From an uncultured candidate division Zixibacteria bacterium (lineage in GTDB: Bacteria > Zixibacteria > MSB-5A5 > UBA10806 > 4484-95), in assembly GCA_963668625.2 (NCBI GenBank), contig CAXXKA010000006.1, positions 672,001 through 736,000 on the forward strand: a DNA stretch of 64,000 nt. The letters run 5' to 3'. A program made the position numbers and the translations under genes. Below, piece by piece: positions 30,479 to 40,691 of this stretch (its first letter is position 1; every line of letters starts with the position of its first letter). The notes under the pieces were generated by a model. It was not told the DNA's origin. It was given only the letters and a program-made list of their open reading frames with translations, and ran no database searches.

Positions 30479-30849
30479 TTAGCGCCCGCCGCTTTTTGTA
30501 TCTTCTGTACCAAATCCTCGATTTGAACCGGCTTGATGAGATAGTCGAATGCCCCCTCACTCATCCCGGTTTCACCGTCTTTGCTCGATCCGTGTCCGGT
30601 GAAAAGTATAACCTCGGTATCAGGTTTCATTTGTTTTATTTTTTTCATCAGTTCTATGCCGCCGATACCCGGCATTTTAACATCAATGACGATAACATCG
30701 AACTCCTTGTTTTCTATTATCTCCAACGCCTGGTCCGAACTGGTTACGCCCTGCGCGTTATAGCCACGCATTTCTAGTCTTTCAGCCAACACGAGAGATA
30801 AATCCGCTTCGTCATCGACTAATAATACTTTTATCATACTCATCAGCAT
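30475..30849 (-). CDS. Single-domain response regulator
   Basis: LLVDDE, IDVKMPGIGG, FTGHG, YLIKP. Confidence 0.93.
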   Translation of the reverse strand: MLMSMIKVLLVDDEADLSLVLAERLEMRGYNAQGVTSSDQALEIIENKEFDVIVIDVKMPGIGGIELMKKIKQMKPDTEVILFTGHGSSKDGETGMSEGAFDYLIKPVQIEDLVQKIQKAAGAN

Positions 30850-30859
30850 CCTCTGTAAT

Positions 30860-32578
30860 TTATTTGTATTTGACAGGCAGCGTTATCGTGAATGTAGTTT
30901 CTTTGCCCTCCACACTTTCAACGCTTATATCACCTCCGAGCTTTTTGATAATGCCATAAGTAATCGAAAGTCCGAGCCCGGTACCCTGTTCTTTTTTGGA
31001 GGTAAAGAACGGCTCGAAGACTTTTGGTAAATCCTCGGCCGAAATACCGGCACCGTTATCACAAATTTGAACTTGCACTTTATCGTGGTTGAACGCCTGA
31101 AAGCGGATCTCGACGTACCCGCCGTCACTTAGCGCCTCGAATGAGTTATTGATGATATTCAGGAATACCTGTTGAAGTTGCCCTTTATCGCTTTCGATAG
31201 TAGGCAGGTATTCGTCTATATTATAATTAATCCTTATGTTTCTGTGTCTTGCCTCGCTGCTTAAAAAACCGACCACCTCTTGAATGAGCACTTTCAAATC
31301 GATAGTTTCGATCTGGGTATCGATACGTTTCGCGAATCCAAGCAATCGATGAGTAATTCGACTACATCTCTCGACCGATTTGATGATAATCGCTATGTGC
31401 TTACTGAATTTCTCGTGCCGGGGGAATTTCTCTATGGTCTTTACTATATCGTTCAACAATCCGGCGTTTTCGTTAATAATAGCCAGAGGATTGTTTATCT
31501 CATGCGCTACACCTGCCGCCAGTCGGCCGATGGATGCCATTTTACTGGTGTATTCTACATTGTGAAGCGCCTGGGCATGCCGGCGATCAGCCTCGATAAT
31601 ATGTTTTACGAGATTGTTGGAACTCCATAGAATTACCAAGAAGATAAGTACTATACTGGCTATGAAAAACCAGAGAAGGTCGTTGCGCAGGGTGAACCAA
31701 TTTTGCATCTGCTCTTCGGTTTTGGTTATCTCCATCAAGATAAACGGGGAATTTTCAATGTAAGCATAACCGATAACGAGCAAGTTGTTGTTTCGATCGA
31801 GTTGCTCTATAACTTCCGTTTTGTCCGATGGCGGCGGGATATCCAGGCTTACTTCCTCGAAAGTTTTGCCGTAAAAACGCGAGTTCGTTTGCAGAACACC
31901 TTCCTTATTAATCAGGAAAGCATCACTCGACGGCCTTATACCGAGGGAAAGGACATATTCGTTCATCGCTTCCATATCCAGGGTGGCACGGAGCACGTAG
32001 AAACCGCCTTTATCCATCTCATGCATAACCGCGATTATAAAGTGGGGGAAATCGCGGTGCCCCATGAAAACCTCACTGACATAAATGCCTTTCAGCCGTA
32101 CCTCATGAAACCAATCCTGATCGGCATAAGATTTACTCTTGAGATTATAGGGGCCAACGTAGGTTCCCTGTATGCCGTCCGCGTCGATTATTCCGAGATC
32201 GACAAATCCGCCGAAAGACTCTTTCATAATTCTGAACAAACGGGTGAGCTTTTCCTGATCGGTAAGCTCTTGATAGGTTTTATCCCGAATGATCATATCC
32301 AGTGCGGCTCGCCTTTTAGCGATAAATGATGACAGCGAATGATGAGTATTGGAGGTAAGTCTCGAGATCGGATATATCATTTCCTCCTCGAAAACTTTCT
32401 TGTACTGATAGTAATTTATAGCGGTCATTATTATCAGCGGTGTAATCGATACGAATGCCGTAAGGAACACGAACTTTTTCCATAAACGCCGGTATCTGCT
32501 CCAGCCGCCTTCAGGAACGGAATCAGAACTTATGTAGATAGGGAGTACGTACTGAAGGATTTTACTAAAGACAGTCAT
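30860..32578 (-). CDS. Membrane sensor histidine kinase with Cache-like domain
   Basis: Two TM helices; periplasmic YADQDWF; AHEINNPL, QVFLNIINN, DNGAG, FEPFFTSK, GTGLGL. Confidence 0.93.
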   Translation of the reverse strand: MTVFSKILQYVLPIYISSDSVPEGGWSRYRRLWKKFVFLTAFVSITPLIIMTAINYYQYKKVFEEEMIYPISRLTSNTHHSLSSFIAKRRAALDMIIRDKTYQELTDQEKLTRLFRIMKESFGGFVDLGIIDADGIQGTYVGPYNLKSKSYADQDWFHEVRLKGIYVSEVFMGHRDFPHFIIAVMHEMDKGGFYVLRATLDMEAMNEYVLSLGIRPSSDAFLINKEGVLQTNSRFYGKTFEEVSLDIPPPSDKTEVIEQLDRNNNLLVIGYAYIENSPFILMEITKTEEQMQNWFTLRNDLLWFFIASIVLIFLVILWSSNNLVKHIIEADRRHAQALHNVEYTSKMASIGRLAAGVAHEINNPLAIINENAGLLNDIVKTIEKFPRHEKFSKHIAIIIKSVERCSRITHRLLGFAKRIDTQIETIDLKVLIQEVVGFLSSEARHRNIRINYNIDEYLPTIESDKGQLQQVFLNIINNSFEALSDGGYVEIRFQAFNHDKVQVQICDNGAGISAEDLPKVFEPFFTSKKEQGTGLGLSITYGIIKKLGGDISVESVEGKETTFTITLPVKYK

Positions 32579-32642
32579 TTATTCCGTTTTCCAATAATTA
32601 CTCTAACTCGTTTTTGACAGCAATCCGAAATATCCCGGATAT

Positions 32643-33860
32643 CTATCGCGAATCTTGAGAATCCTTTATTTTCTTATAGGCCTGCTTCATCGTATCCGAT
32701 AGTTTATCGATATCAACGGGTTTTTGAAGATACGCGAATGCACCGAGATCCTCGGCCAGTTGCTGCTCTCTGTCGGAGCCATGCCCGGTCAGGATAATTA
32801 CCTCGACATTCGGGTGGCTTTGTTTTACCTTCCTCAATACCTCGATTCCATCGATTCCAGGCATTTTCAAATCGAGAACCATTACCTCGGGCTCTTCTCC
32901 TTCAACGAAATCCAGGGCTTCTTCGCCGTCGTATACGACAGCCGATTCCAGGCTTCTGGATTGGAGACGTTCCGATAAGGTGTGAACGAACTCTTTCTCA
33001 TCATCTACCAACAACACTTTTTGCGGCAGCTCGAAATTATCTGTGGGATAAATAGATGGCACATGAAATTTAGGGCCGACTTTAACCGTAATTTCCTTGA
33101 TATCGGGAACGGTCACGGCGGTTTCCTCTATCTCTTTTTTCCTCTGCTCGAGCCTCTGGATGAATTTATTGATGAGAACCGTGACATGTCCATCCGCACA
33201 TTCGACTTCCAAATTGGAGTATTTATCTATTAATACCTCGTTTACCTGTGAGGCTAACAAAAAATCCCGGGCGGCGGTTTTGGATTTGTCGGTTGTCTTG
33301 ACTGCATCCTTTTGAGCATTCTTTATAATATTTTCGACAGCTTGCTCGACGCTGCTATCCTGCATCGGGTAGAGAATATCGTAAAGCTCTTCATCCCAGG
33401 GACTAAGACCTTTGACGAATTGCGACCATTGAAAACTTTTGCTATCGAATTTTCTTATGAGATTGTCAGCATCTTTTTCCGATATGCGGTCGGTTTTAAC
33501 CGCGTTATTGACCCTGTACTTCAAATCGGCAATAATGCAAACTCGCAGCACATGAGGTATCGTATCCGGCAAGAGCAGGGTGTTAAAACCATGCACTACA
33601 AGGTTGTCTTTCTGGATTTCCTCGGCTAAAGTCGTTTGCAGATAAGCCGCGAATTTCTCTCGTTCGCGTGTCAACCGATTGAAAAACGGTGTTGGCCCGT
33701 GTAAAGTTTTCTCGAGTTTGCTGACCTGGATACTGTGTTTTTTTGCGGTTTTTTCCAGTATCTCATTTTCTATATAATCATATCCCAATTTCTCGGCGAT
33801 CCCGGATGCTATGTCATCGCCTCCACAATATGATCCGCTGAAAATAGCAATAACAGCCAT
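32643..33860 (-). CDS. Cytidylate-kinase-like domain + C-terminal receiver domain protein
   Basis: N-term IAIFSGSYCGGDDIA, HVLRVCIIA, YDIL; C-term REC LLVDDE/LDLKMPG/LTGHG/LQKP. Confidence 0.85.
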   Translation of the reverse strand: MAVIAIFSGSYCGGDDIASGIAEKLGYDYIENEILEKTAKKHSIQVSKLEKTLHGPTPFFNRLTREREKFAAYLQTTLAEEIQKDNLVVHGFNTLLLPDTIPHVLRVCIIADLKYRVNNAVKTDRISEKDADNLIRKFDSKSFQWSQFVKGLSPWDEELYDILYPMQDSSVEQAVENIIKNAQKDAVKTTDKSKTAARDFLLASQVNEVLIDKYSNLEVECADGHVTVLINKFIQRLEQRKKEIEETAVTVPDIKEITVKVGPKFHVPSIYPTDNFELPQKVLLVDDEKEFVHTLSERLQSRSLESAVVYDGEEALDFVEGEEPEVMVLDLKMPGIDGIEVLRKVKQSHPNVEVIILTGHGSDREQQLAEDLGAFAYLQKPVDIDKLSDTMKQAYKKIKDSQDSR

Positions 33861-34268
33861 TAACGGCTCCTCTTGATTTTAATTTAAATGAACAGGTAAT
33901 TATAATATAATTATTACACTATTTAAGCAAGATAATTTTGTGCTTTATTGCCTGCCGAGGTCTGCTATGAGATTTCATATCACAGCCTTATATGGGATTC
34001 AGTCGGGTTAGTATGAATAGTGGTCTTCGTTCGGTGGGCAGCTCGTGTAAAAGGCTTTGTCAACAATCCCGGTGCTTCGCCACGAGAGGGTAGAGGTCTG
34101 ACACTAGCGTACTATTTACTGTGATAATAATATTCGGGGAAACTCTCAATAAGTAATGGCTTGCATTTTAATTGTTTTTTAATTAATGTGAGTAACTCAT
34201 GGCTTGGATTCGTAAGGAACAGCAGGTGTATTTTATATCTGCATTACTAATTGCCAAATAATTCTAAG

Positions 34269-36308
34269 ATGATTAAGTACTTCTTCACAAAACTCCGCGA
34301 ACTACATGCCGATATCCGTCAAACCGAACATATATATATGGTGCTGGCTGCGCTTTTGATCGGATTATTAGGCGGCTTCTCGGCGGTTGGTTTCAGGAAA
34401 CTGATTTCCCTGGGGCAGGATATTTTTTGGTGGCAGAGTGATTACACTCTCGAATACATTCGCAGTTTGCCCTGGTTATGGAAAGTATCGATACCAGCGG
34501 TAGGCGGATTTATCGTAGGCCTGATCGTTTACTATCTCGCTCGGGAGGCTAAGGGCCATGGCGTCCCCGAGGTCATGGAGGCGGTATCATTGCGGGGAGG
34601 GCGAATTCGTCCGCGAGTCGTGATAGCTAAAATGTTTGCCTCGGCGGTATGTATAGCCTCCGGTGGGTCGGTAGGGCGAGAGGGGCCGATAGTCCAAATC
34701 GGCTCGACTATAGGATCGAGTTTAGGGCAATATCTCAAAATAGATGAGAGGCGGCTTCGAACACTGGTTGGCTGTGGTGCGGCAGCGGGTATCGCCGCCA
34801 CTTTCAACGCCCCGGTAGCTGGAGCTTTGTTCGCGGTTGAGATTATTCTCGGAGATTTCGGCGTTTCTCAGTTTTCGCCAATTGTCATATCCTCGGTTGC
34901 CGCGACAGTCATCAGCCGTTTATTTTTTGGTGATTCACCGGCCTTCGCCGTGCCCTCGTACAGCCTGATTAATGTCTTTGAACTGGTCATCTATGCCTTC
35001 TTAGGTATTTGCGCGGGGCTGGCATCGATACTGTTCATAAAAGCTCTATATGGATTAGAGGATATTTTCGATAAGATAAAGCTATATTTCCCGTTAAAGA
35101 CCGCATTCGGCGGTTTGATCATAGGCCTAATAGCCTTGAAATTCCCGGAGATATTCGGAGTTGGCTATGAAACAATAAACAGCGCTCTTCATGCGGATAT
35201 GGTCTGGTGGTTGCTCTTGACCCTGATGCTGGCAAAAATACTGGCGGTATCTATTACGATCGGCTCCGGTGGGTCGGGTGGGATATTCGCTCCCTCTCTT
35301 TTTATAGGGGCTATGATGGGCGGAGCTATCGGTACGGCGGCTAATCTTATCTGGCCGGGCAGTGTGGCCAATCCCGGGGCTTATGCGCTGGTCGGTATGG
35401 GAGCCGTTGTCGCCGGCGCGACTCATGCTCCTATAACTGCCATCTTGATCATCTTCGAGTTAACGAGTGATTATAAAATAATACTGCCCTTGATGATAAG
35501 CTGTATAATCGCCACTATTTTAGCGGGCCGCTTGAACAAAGCCTCGATCTACTCTCTGAAACTTTTAAGGAGAGGTATAGATATTCACGAGGGGCAATCA
35601 CCAAACGTGCTGAAGAATATCAAAGTCAGCCAGATAATGCGATTTACGATAGTTAAAGTTAATGCCAATACGCAATTGATGTCCATAATTTCGAAATTTA
35701 TCGAATATCCTGGAAAATCTATATTCGTAACCGATGAAGAAAATCACTTACAGGGCGTTATTACCCTCGATAAAATCCGGCCGATTATCTCGGATTCGCA
35801 GGGATTGAGTGGACTTATAATCGCGCAGGATTTGATGATCTGCGAGGATTATCCTACTTTTAACTCGAACGACAGTTTAGCCGAGGTAATGAAACAACTG
35901 GGTAGTTACAGCTCTGAGGCGCCGGTAATAGAAAACGGCAAGATTGTCGGTAGTATTTGGCCCGAGGATGTGATAATGAAATACAATGCCGAGATATTCA
36001 AAAGAGATATGGCAATGGGTATGGCCTCGAATATTACCTCGCAACAGCAGATTGAATCCCTGCCGGGCATTGGAGACCTGGCTGTCGCGGAAATCCCGGT
36101 ACCCTCCAATTTTAATAGTAAAAGCATTGCTGAATTGAATATTCGTAAGGAGTTTGATGCCACTATACTGATGATAAAGCATAAAGAAAACGGTCAGAAT
36201 ATAATAACCGAATCGATTCCTAGCGCTGACACCATTCTTCACTTTGGCGATATAATGCTGGCAATGGGCTCTAAAATTAGCCTGACTAAATTGAGGCGAG
36301 GCAGATAA
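34269..36308 (+). CDS. ClC family Cl-/H+ antiporter with CBS pair and TrkA-C domain
   Basis: GHGVPE, GGSVGREGP, FAVEII, GGIFAP, SIY; C-terminal CBS and RCK_C-like region. Confidence 0.93.
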   Translation: MIKYFFTKLRELHADIRQTEHIYMVLAALLIGLLGGFSAVGFRKLISLGQDIFWWQSDYTLEYIRSLPWLWKVSIPAVGGFIVGLIVYYLAREAKGHGVPEVMEAVSLRGGRIRPRVVIAKMFASAVCIASGGSVGREGPIVQIGSTIGSSLGQYLKIDERRLRTLVGCGAAAGIAATFNAPVAGALFAVEIILGDFGVSQFSPIVISSVAATVISRLFFGDSPAFAVPSYSLINVFELVIYAFLGICAGLASILFIKALYGLEDIFDKIKLYFPLKTAFGGLIIGLIALKFPEIFGVGYETINSALHADMVWWLLLTLMLAKILAVSITIGSGGSGGIFAPSLFIGAMMGGAIGTAANLIWPGSVANPGAYALVGMGAVVAGATHAPITAILIIFELTSDYKIILPLMISCIIATILAGRLNKASIYSLKLLRRGIDIHEGQSPNVLKNIKVSQIMRFTIVKVNANTQLMSIISKFIEYPGKSIFVTDEENHLQGVITLDKIRPIISDSQGLSGLIIAQDLMICEDYPTFNSNDSLAEVMKQLGSYSSEAPVIENGKIVGSIWPEDVIMKYNAEIFKRDMAMGMASNITSQQQIESLPGIGDLAVAEIPVPSNFNSKSIAELNIRKEFDATILMIKHKENGQNIITESIPSADTILHFGDIMLAMGSKISLTKLRRGR

Positions 36309-36559
36309 AATTATCTTATTCTAAACGCTAAGTCATTAAAAGTATTGAGTATTTTCGATCTGAACTCTTACTAGTAATTATTCAACGAATATCCTATTAT
36401 AAAGAAATCATCACATAAAAAAGCCAGAATTAAGCCTTATCTATTAATTAGTGTTCCTCTTTGCGCCATAGTAATGAGATATGTATCAATCAGTTAATTG
36501 TATTGGTACTTATTATGTTAATTATATACAGTATTTGAAACCATTGAAAAGATGAAATA

Positions 36560-36587
36560 TAAAGCAGCTTCTTTAATAAGCCGAAAT
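36560..36587 (+). promoter_or_regulatory. Putative sigma28 promoter upstream of FIST gene
   Basis: TAAA-N16-GCCGAAAT. Confidence 0.5.
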
Positions 36588-36634
36588 AGTTTTAAAGGAT
36601 CGCGAATTTATCGTTAACAGGAATAGAGATAACT

Positions 36635-37801
36635 ATGTCATCAATGGCTGAGATGGTCGAGAACAATGTGATGGATGTGCTTTCGGGAAGAACAGACAAT
36701 AGAAATCCTCACGAAGCAGTCGCGGACTTTGCCCGGCAAGTATTGCAGCCGGATATGGCTCTGGTAGTAGTTTTTGTCGCGCCCGGTCATGATCTCGATA
36801 AAATGGGGCTGCTGTTTAAGGCGTCATTCCCCGATTGCCCGGTTATAGGTTGTACCACCTCCGGAGAAATTACACCGGATGGCTACTCGGAAAATTCGGT
36901 TACCGGCTTTAGTTTATCGGGTAAAAATACCAAGGCCAAGCCGTACGCGATCGAATCGGTAAAAAACCTTCAACCGGAAACCATACAGTCGATTAAAGAT
37001 GATGCCAGAAAAAAAATCAGCAATTTTCACAAGAATCATAAAAACTCGAATGAGTTCGCTTTGTTTTTCGTGGATGGCATGTCCGGGGCGGAGGAGAGAA
37101 GTGTCGCGTTACTGTACCAGGCGCTACAGAACATACCGCTGATTGGTGGTTCGGCCGGCGATAATCTCAGATTCAAAGAAACATTCGTTTTGGTAGATGG
37201 CGAATTTAAAACGGATGCGGCCGTAGCAACACTGATTTGCACAACCTTGCCGTTCGAGACATTTAAAACTCAACATTTTATTCCAACCGAAACGAAACTG
37301 GTAATCACCAGCGCTGATCCCTCGACGCGCACGGTGTATGAGATAAACGGACTGCCTGCGGCCGAGGAGTACGCCCGTTTGATCGGAGTAAGTCAGCAGG
37401 GATTATTGCCCGCCGTGTTTTCCCGATTCCCGCTGATGCTGCGAATCGGCGGAGAGTACTATGTCAGGTCTCTCCAGAAAAAAAACGATGACGGCAGCCT
37501 GACATTCTATTGTGCAATAGATAACGGACTGGTACTTACCATCGGTAAAGGCGTTGACCTGGTAGAAAATCTTAACCAGGCGCTCATGGATGTTTCCTCA
37601 CGGGTGAAAGACCCTCAACTGTTGATTACTTGCGAATGTATCTTAAGACGAGTTGAGGTTTTACAGGATGGCCTGACCGACAGGGTTGATGATATACTGA
37701 AAAAATATAACGCAATAGGTTTTCATTCTTATGGCGAACAGTTCAACGCCGTTCATGTCAATCAAACATTCTCGGGCGTGATGATAGGTCGAAAACAATG
37801 A
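36635..37801 (+). CDS. FIST-domain protein (NosP-like NO/heme sensor)
   Basis: GCTTSGEI, GGSAGD, VYEINGLPA, YYVRS, CECILRR, GFHSYGEQFNAVHVNQTF. Confidence 0.9.
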   Translation: MSSMAEMVENNVMDVLSGRTDNRNPHEAVADFARQVLQPDMALVVVFVAPGHDLDKMGLLFKASFPDCPVIGCTTSGEITPDGYSENSVTGFSLSGKNTKAKPYAIESVKNLQPETIQSIKDDARKKISNFHKNHKNSNEFALFFVDGMSGAEERSVALLYQALQNIPLIGGSAGDNLRFKETFVLVDGEFKTDAAVATLICTTLPFETFKTQHFIPTETKLVITSADPSTRTVYEINGLPAAEEYARLIGVSQQGLLPAVFSRFPLMLRIGGEYYVRSLQKKNDDGSLTFYCAIDNGLVLTIGKGVDLVENLNQALMDVSSRVKDPQLLITCECILRRVEVLQDGLTDRVDDILKKYNAIGFHSYGEQFNAVHVNQTFSGVMIGRKQ

Positions 37802-40134
37802 CGGATGTGAAAACATTACAGAGCCGCATCGAGGAACTCGAAAGTGAAGTCGCCAGGCTGAACAAGGTAAACTCGGTTCTCATGTATCGTGTGGAGCATA
37901 GCCTGGATAATTCGGGTGATGCTTACTCTCTATTCGAATCGAATATACTACTTCAAAAAACCGTGAATCACCAGACGAGCGAGTTGAAGAAGGAGATGAT
38001 CGAAAGGGAGAAGATAGCGCTTCAGCTTCGCGAATCGCGCCAGAGACTTTTATTGCATATGCAGCAAACTCTATTCGGAGTTATCGAATGGGACAGCAGT
38101 TTTAAATTCATCGAATGGAATAAAGCTGCCGAGAAGATATTCGGTTATACTCGTGAAGAAGTGATTGGGAAGCATCCATTCGGAATGCTTTATCTGGATG
38201 ATCTTCAGGACTACGTGAATGATATTTTCAAGAATATGCATGAAACCCGGAGCAGTTCGAGAAGCGTCAACGAGAATACCACGAAAGACGGCAAGTTAAT
38301 TATCTGCGATTGGTACAATACGCCGCTTGTCGATGATAACGGTAAATTAATGGGCATGGCTTCCCTGGTGCAGGATATCACCGAACGTATCACTAACGAA
38401 AACGAGAGGAAGCTCCGTCTGGAACGAGTACAGAAACAACGTTACGCTATCGGCCGCATGACAACCGACGAGCAAATCGTGGCCGGCGATTTTAAAAGCG
38501 CTGTAAGGACAATCAATGAGATCGTGTCGACTGCACTCGATGTCGACAGGGTCAGCTTTTGGAAATACGACAAAGAATTCTCGCAAGGTGAATGTGTTGA
38601 TCTGTATGAATCATCAAAAGGGATACATAAACAGGGGATAATACTAAAAACCTGCGATTTTCCAGAGTATTTTAAATCGTTGAAAGAAGACAGAGTGATT
38701 GTCAGTGACGATGCCTGGACGGATGAGCGATTGGGAGAGTTCACCGATTCGTATCATAAACCGTTAAATATATCCTCGAAATTAGATATCGCTGTTCGGG
38801 TTTCCGGAAAGCTAATCGGTGTCGTGTGCAACGAACATACAGGCGAACCCCGAGTCTGGCAAAGCGATGAGATAGCCTTTGCCGATGAGATATCCAGTTT
38901 GCTATCCCAGGTTTATTCCAACGCCAAACGCAAACGAAGCGAACAACAGAAACGCCAACTTCAAGACCGCCTCGAAAGAGCTGAGAGAATGGAGTCCCTC
39001 GGTATACTGGCGGGGGGAGTGGCGCACGACCTGAACAATATCCTCGGCCCCGTTGTCGGATATTCCGAGTTGATTCTATTGCAACTGGGTGAGGATAACA
39101 AAATAGCCCGGCAGGTCGATAGGATAAACAGATCGGCCCAGGATGCTGCCGATGTCATCCAGGACCTCCTGACTCTGGCTCGACGCGGTCGTTACGAGAT
39201 GGTGCCGCTCAGTTTAAACAAGATCGTTACCAATTTCGTCGAATCGCCGACTTTTCTAAATCTGGCAATGAAGAATATGGAAATCGAGATTGCCGTAAAT
39301 CTCGATGATTCGATCGGCAAAATGTCAGGATCATCTCCGCATCTCTCAAAAGTTGTGATGAACCTGATCATAAACGCTTTCGATGCAATCCCCGGAGAGG
39401 GCCTTGTTACGATATCGACATCACAGCATTATCTCGAGTTTCTATCAAACGGTCATACTCTGGGAGAGCTTGCCGGAGAATACGTAACACTTAGTATCGT
39501 CGATACCGGCAATGGTATACCCTCGGAAAACCTGGCAAAGATATTCGAACCCTACTATTCCAAGAAAAAGATGGGTAAAAATAGTGGCAGCGGTCTGGGG
39601 CTTTCGGTAGTGTATGGCGTTGTAAAAGATCATAAAGGATTTTACGATATAATAACCTCGCCAGGTAATGGAACGGAATTCCGGTTGTATTTCCCTGTCT
39701 TGAATGTTACTGATGATTGGCAAGAGACTATCGAAACCGAAATGGGCGGTACGGAATCGATACTCGTTATCGATGATAATGAGGGACAGCGGGATGTTGC
39801 AACCGAACTGATAAGTAGTATGGGATATGAGGTTGTTGCGGCATCGGGCGGCGAGGAAGCGATTGAGTATCTCAAAGAACATTCCGTCGATCTGGTGCTT
39901 CTTGATATGATAATGGATCCCGGTATTGACGGTCTGGATACGTATCGGGAGATTATAAAGTTACACCCCGGCCAGAAAGCTATTATCGCCAGCGGTTTTT
40001 CGGCAACCGACAGGGTTGAGGAAATGCAAAAGCTCGGTGCCGGTAAATATATCAAGAAACCATATACCCGGCAACTCCTGGGCCGGGCTATCAGGGAAGA
40101 ACTTAGCTATCAAATGGCGCCTGCGGCTATTTGA
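37798..40134 (+). CDS. Soluble hybrid histidine kinase (PAS-GAF-HisKA-HATPase-REC)
   Basis: PAS WNKAAEKIFGY, GAF, AHDLNNIL, DTGNG, GSGLGL, REC LDMIM; overlaps the FIST stop. Confidence 0.93.
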   Translation: MTDVKTLQSRIEELESEVARLNKVNSVLMYRVEHSLDNSGDAYSLFESNILLQKTVNHQTSELKKEMIEREKIALQLRESRQRLLLHMQQTLFGVIEWDSSFKFIEWNKAAEKIFGYTREEVIGKHPFGMLYLDDLQDYVNDIFKNMHETRSSSRSVNENTTKDGKLIICDWYNTPLVDDNGKLMGMASLVQDITERITNENERKLRLERVQKQRYAIGRMTTDEQIVAGDFKSAVRTINEIVSTALDVDRVSFWKYDKEFSQGECVDLYESSKGIHKQGIILKTCDFPEYFKSLKEDRVIVSDDAWTDERLGEFTDSYHKPLNISSKLDIAVRVSGKLIGVVCNEHTGEPRVWQSDEIAFADEISSLLSQVYSNAKRKRSEQQKRQLQDRLERAERMESLGILAGGVAHDLNNILGPVVGYSELILLQLGEDNKIARQVDRINRSAQDAADVIQDLLTLARRGRYEMVPLSLNKIVTNFVESPTFLNLAMKNMEIEIAVNLDDSIGKMSGSSPHLSKVVMNLIINAFDAIPGEGLVTISTSQHYLEFLSNGHTLGELAGEYVTLSIVDTGNGIPSENLAKIFEPYYSKKKMGKNSGSGLGLSVVYGVVKDHKGFYDIITSPGNGTEFRLYFPVLNVTDDWQETIETEMGGTESILVIDDNEGQRDVATELISSMGYEVVAASGGEEAIEYLKEHSVDLVLLDMIMDPGIDGLDTYREIIKLHPGQKAIIASGFSATDRVEEMQKLGAGKYIKKPYTRQLLGRAIREELSYQMAPAAI

Positions 40135-40317
40135 ATTCATTCATATACCATTAATATCCGGTCTTTTCATACATAATCATTACTTGCACTTAGCTTATGG
40201 CAACAATTCTAAATTAACCGATCAGAAATTCATATATACTCAAATGCAGCTCACTATTCGCAAAAATATCACTCTCTCGAATTCGGGCGCTGTTTATTTC
40301 CCTGGTAGCCTGCCGCT

Positions 40318-40454
40318 GGGATTGTTGAAAATACTCACTGAGCAGGAAGGAATCCTTTCATTCCTGATGTTTTCATGTAGCAAGTTGCCAGGAAAGAATA
40401 AATGAACGATTTCGTCCGCCTGCGGTTCATAGAGTTAACTTTTTCAATAACCCC
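40318..40454. mobile_element. MITE-like element with imperfect terminal inverted repeats
   Basis: Left gggattgttgaaaa and right ttttcaataacccc (12/14 inverted match); the left end recurs at 43143. Confidence 0.5.
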
Positions 40455-40691
40455 CTGCGCTTCGTAACGATAGTGCAAGGGCTGGATACCGGTGTGTATA
40501 CGAAGTTCGTAATATAACAGCCAGAGAATATTCCTGTCATCATTCCCTAAGTATTTATCTTGTAACCTTTTGGCGTTTATAGCCGAGATTTATTTATATA
40601 TAAATATTTCGTGCGTAAAAAACATTTGTTCTTGAAGCGCGTATTGTTATATGTTTGCCTACCGGGATTAGGAAGGAGCAGGTGGGAGTAA

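Noticed and set aside
33861-34268. Fluoride riboswitch / Fluc-type regulation upstream of ClC
   Set aside because: No GGNGAUGG..CC crcB motif seen, and the ClC lacks the CLC-F GNNLI/GREGT signatures
24280-36400. Integrative element at tRNA-Glu
   Set aside because: No integrase and no repeated tRNA 3' end seen by eye; transfer of the module remains unproven
40016-40405. 129-aa ORF (also 48176-48400, 43257-43442, 26990-27205)
   Set aside because: These run through repeat or intergenic DNA and have no recognisable domain or convincing start signal
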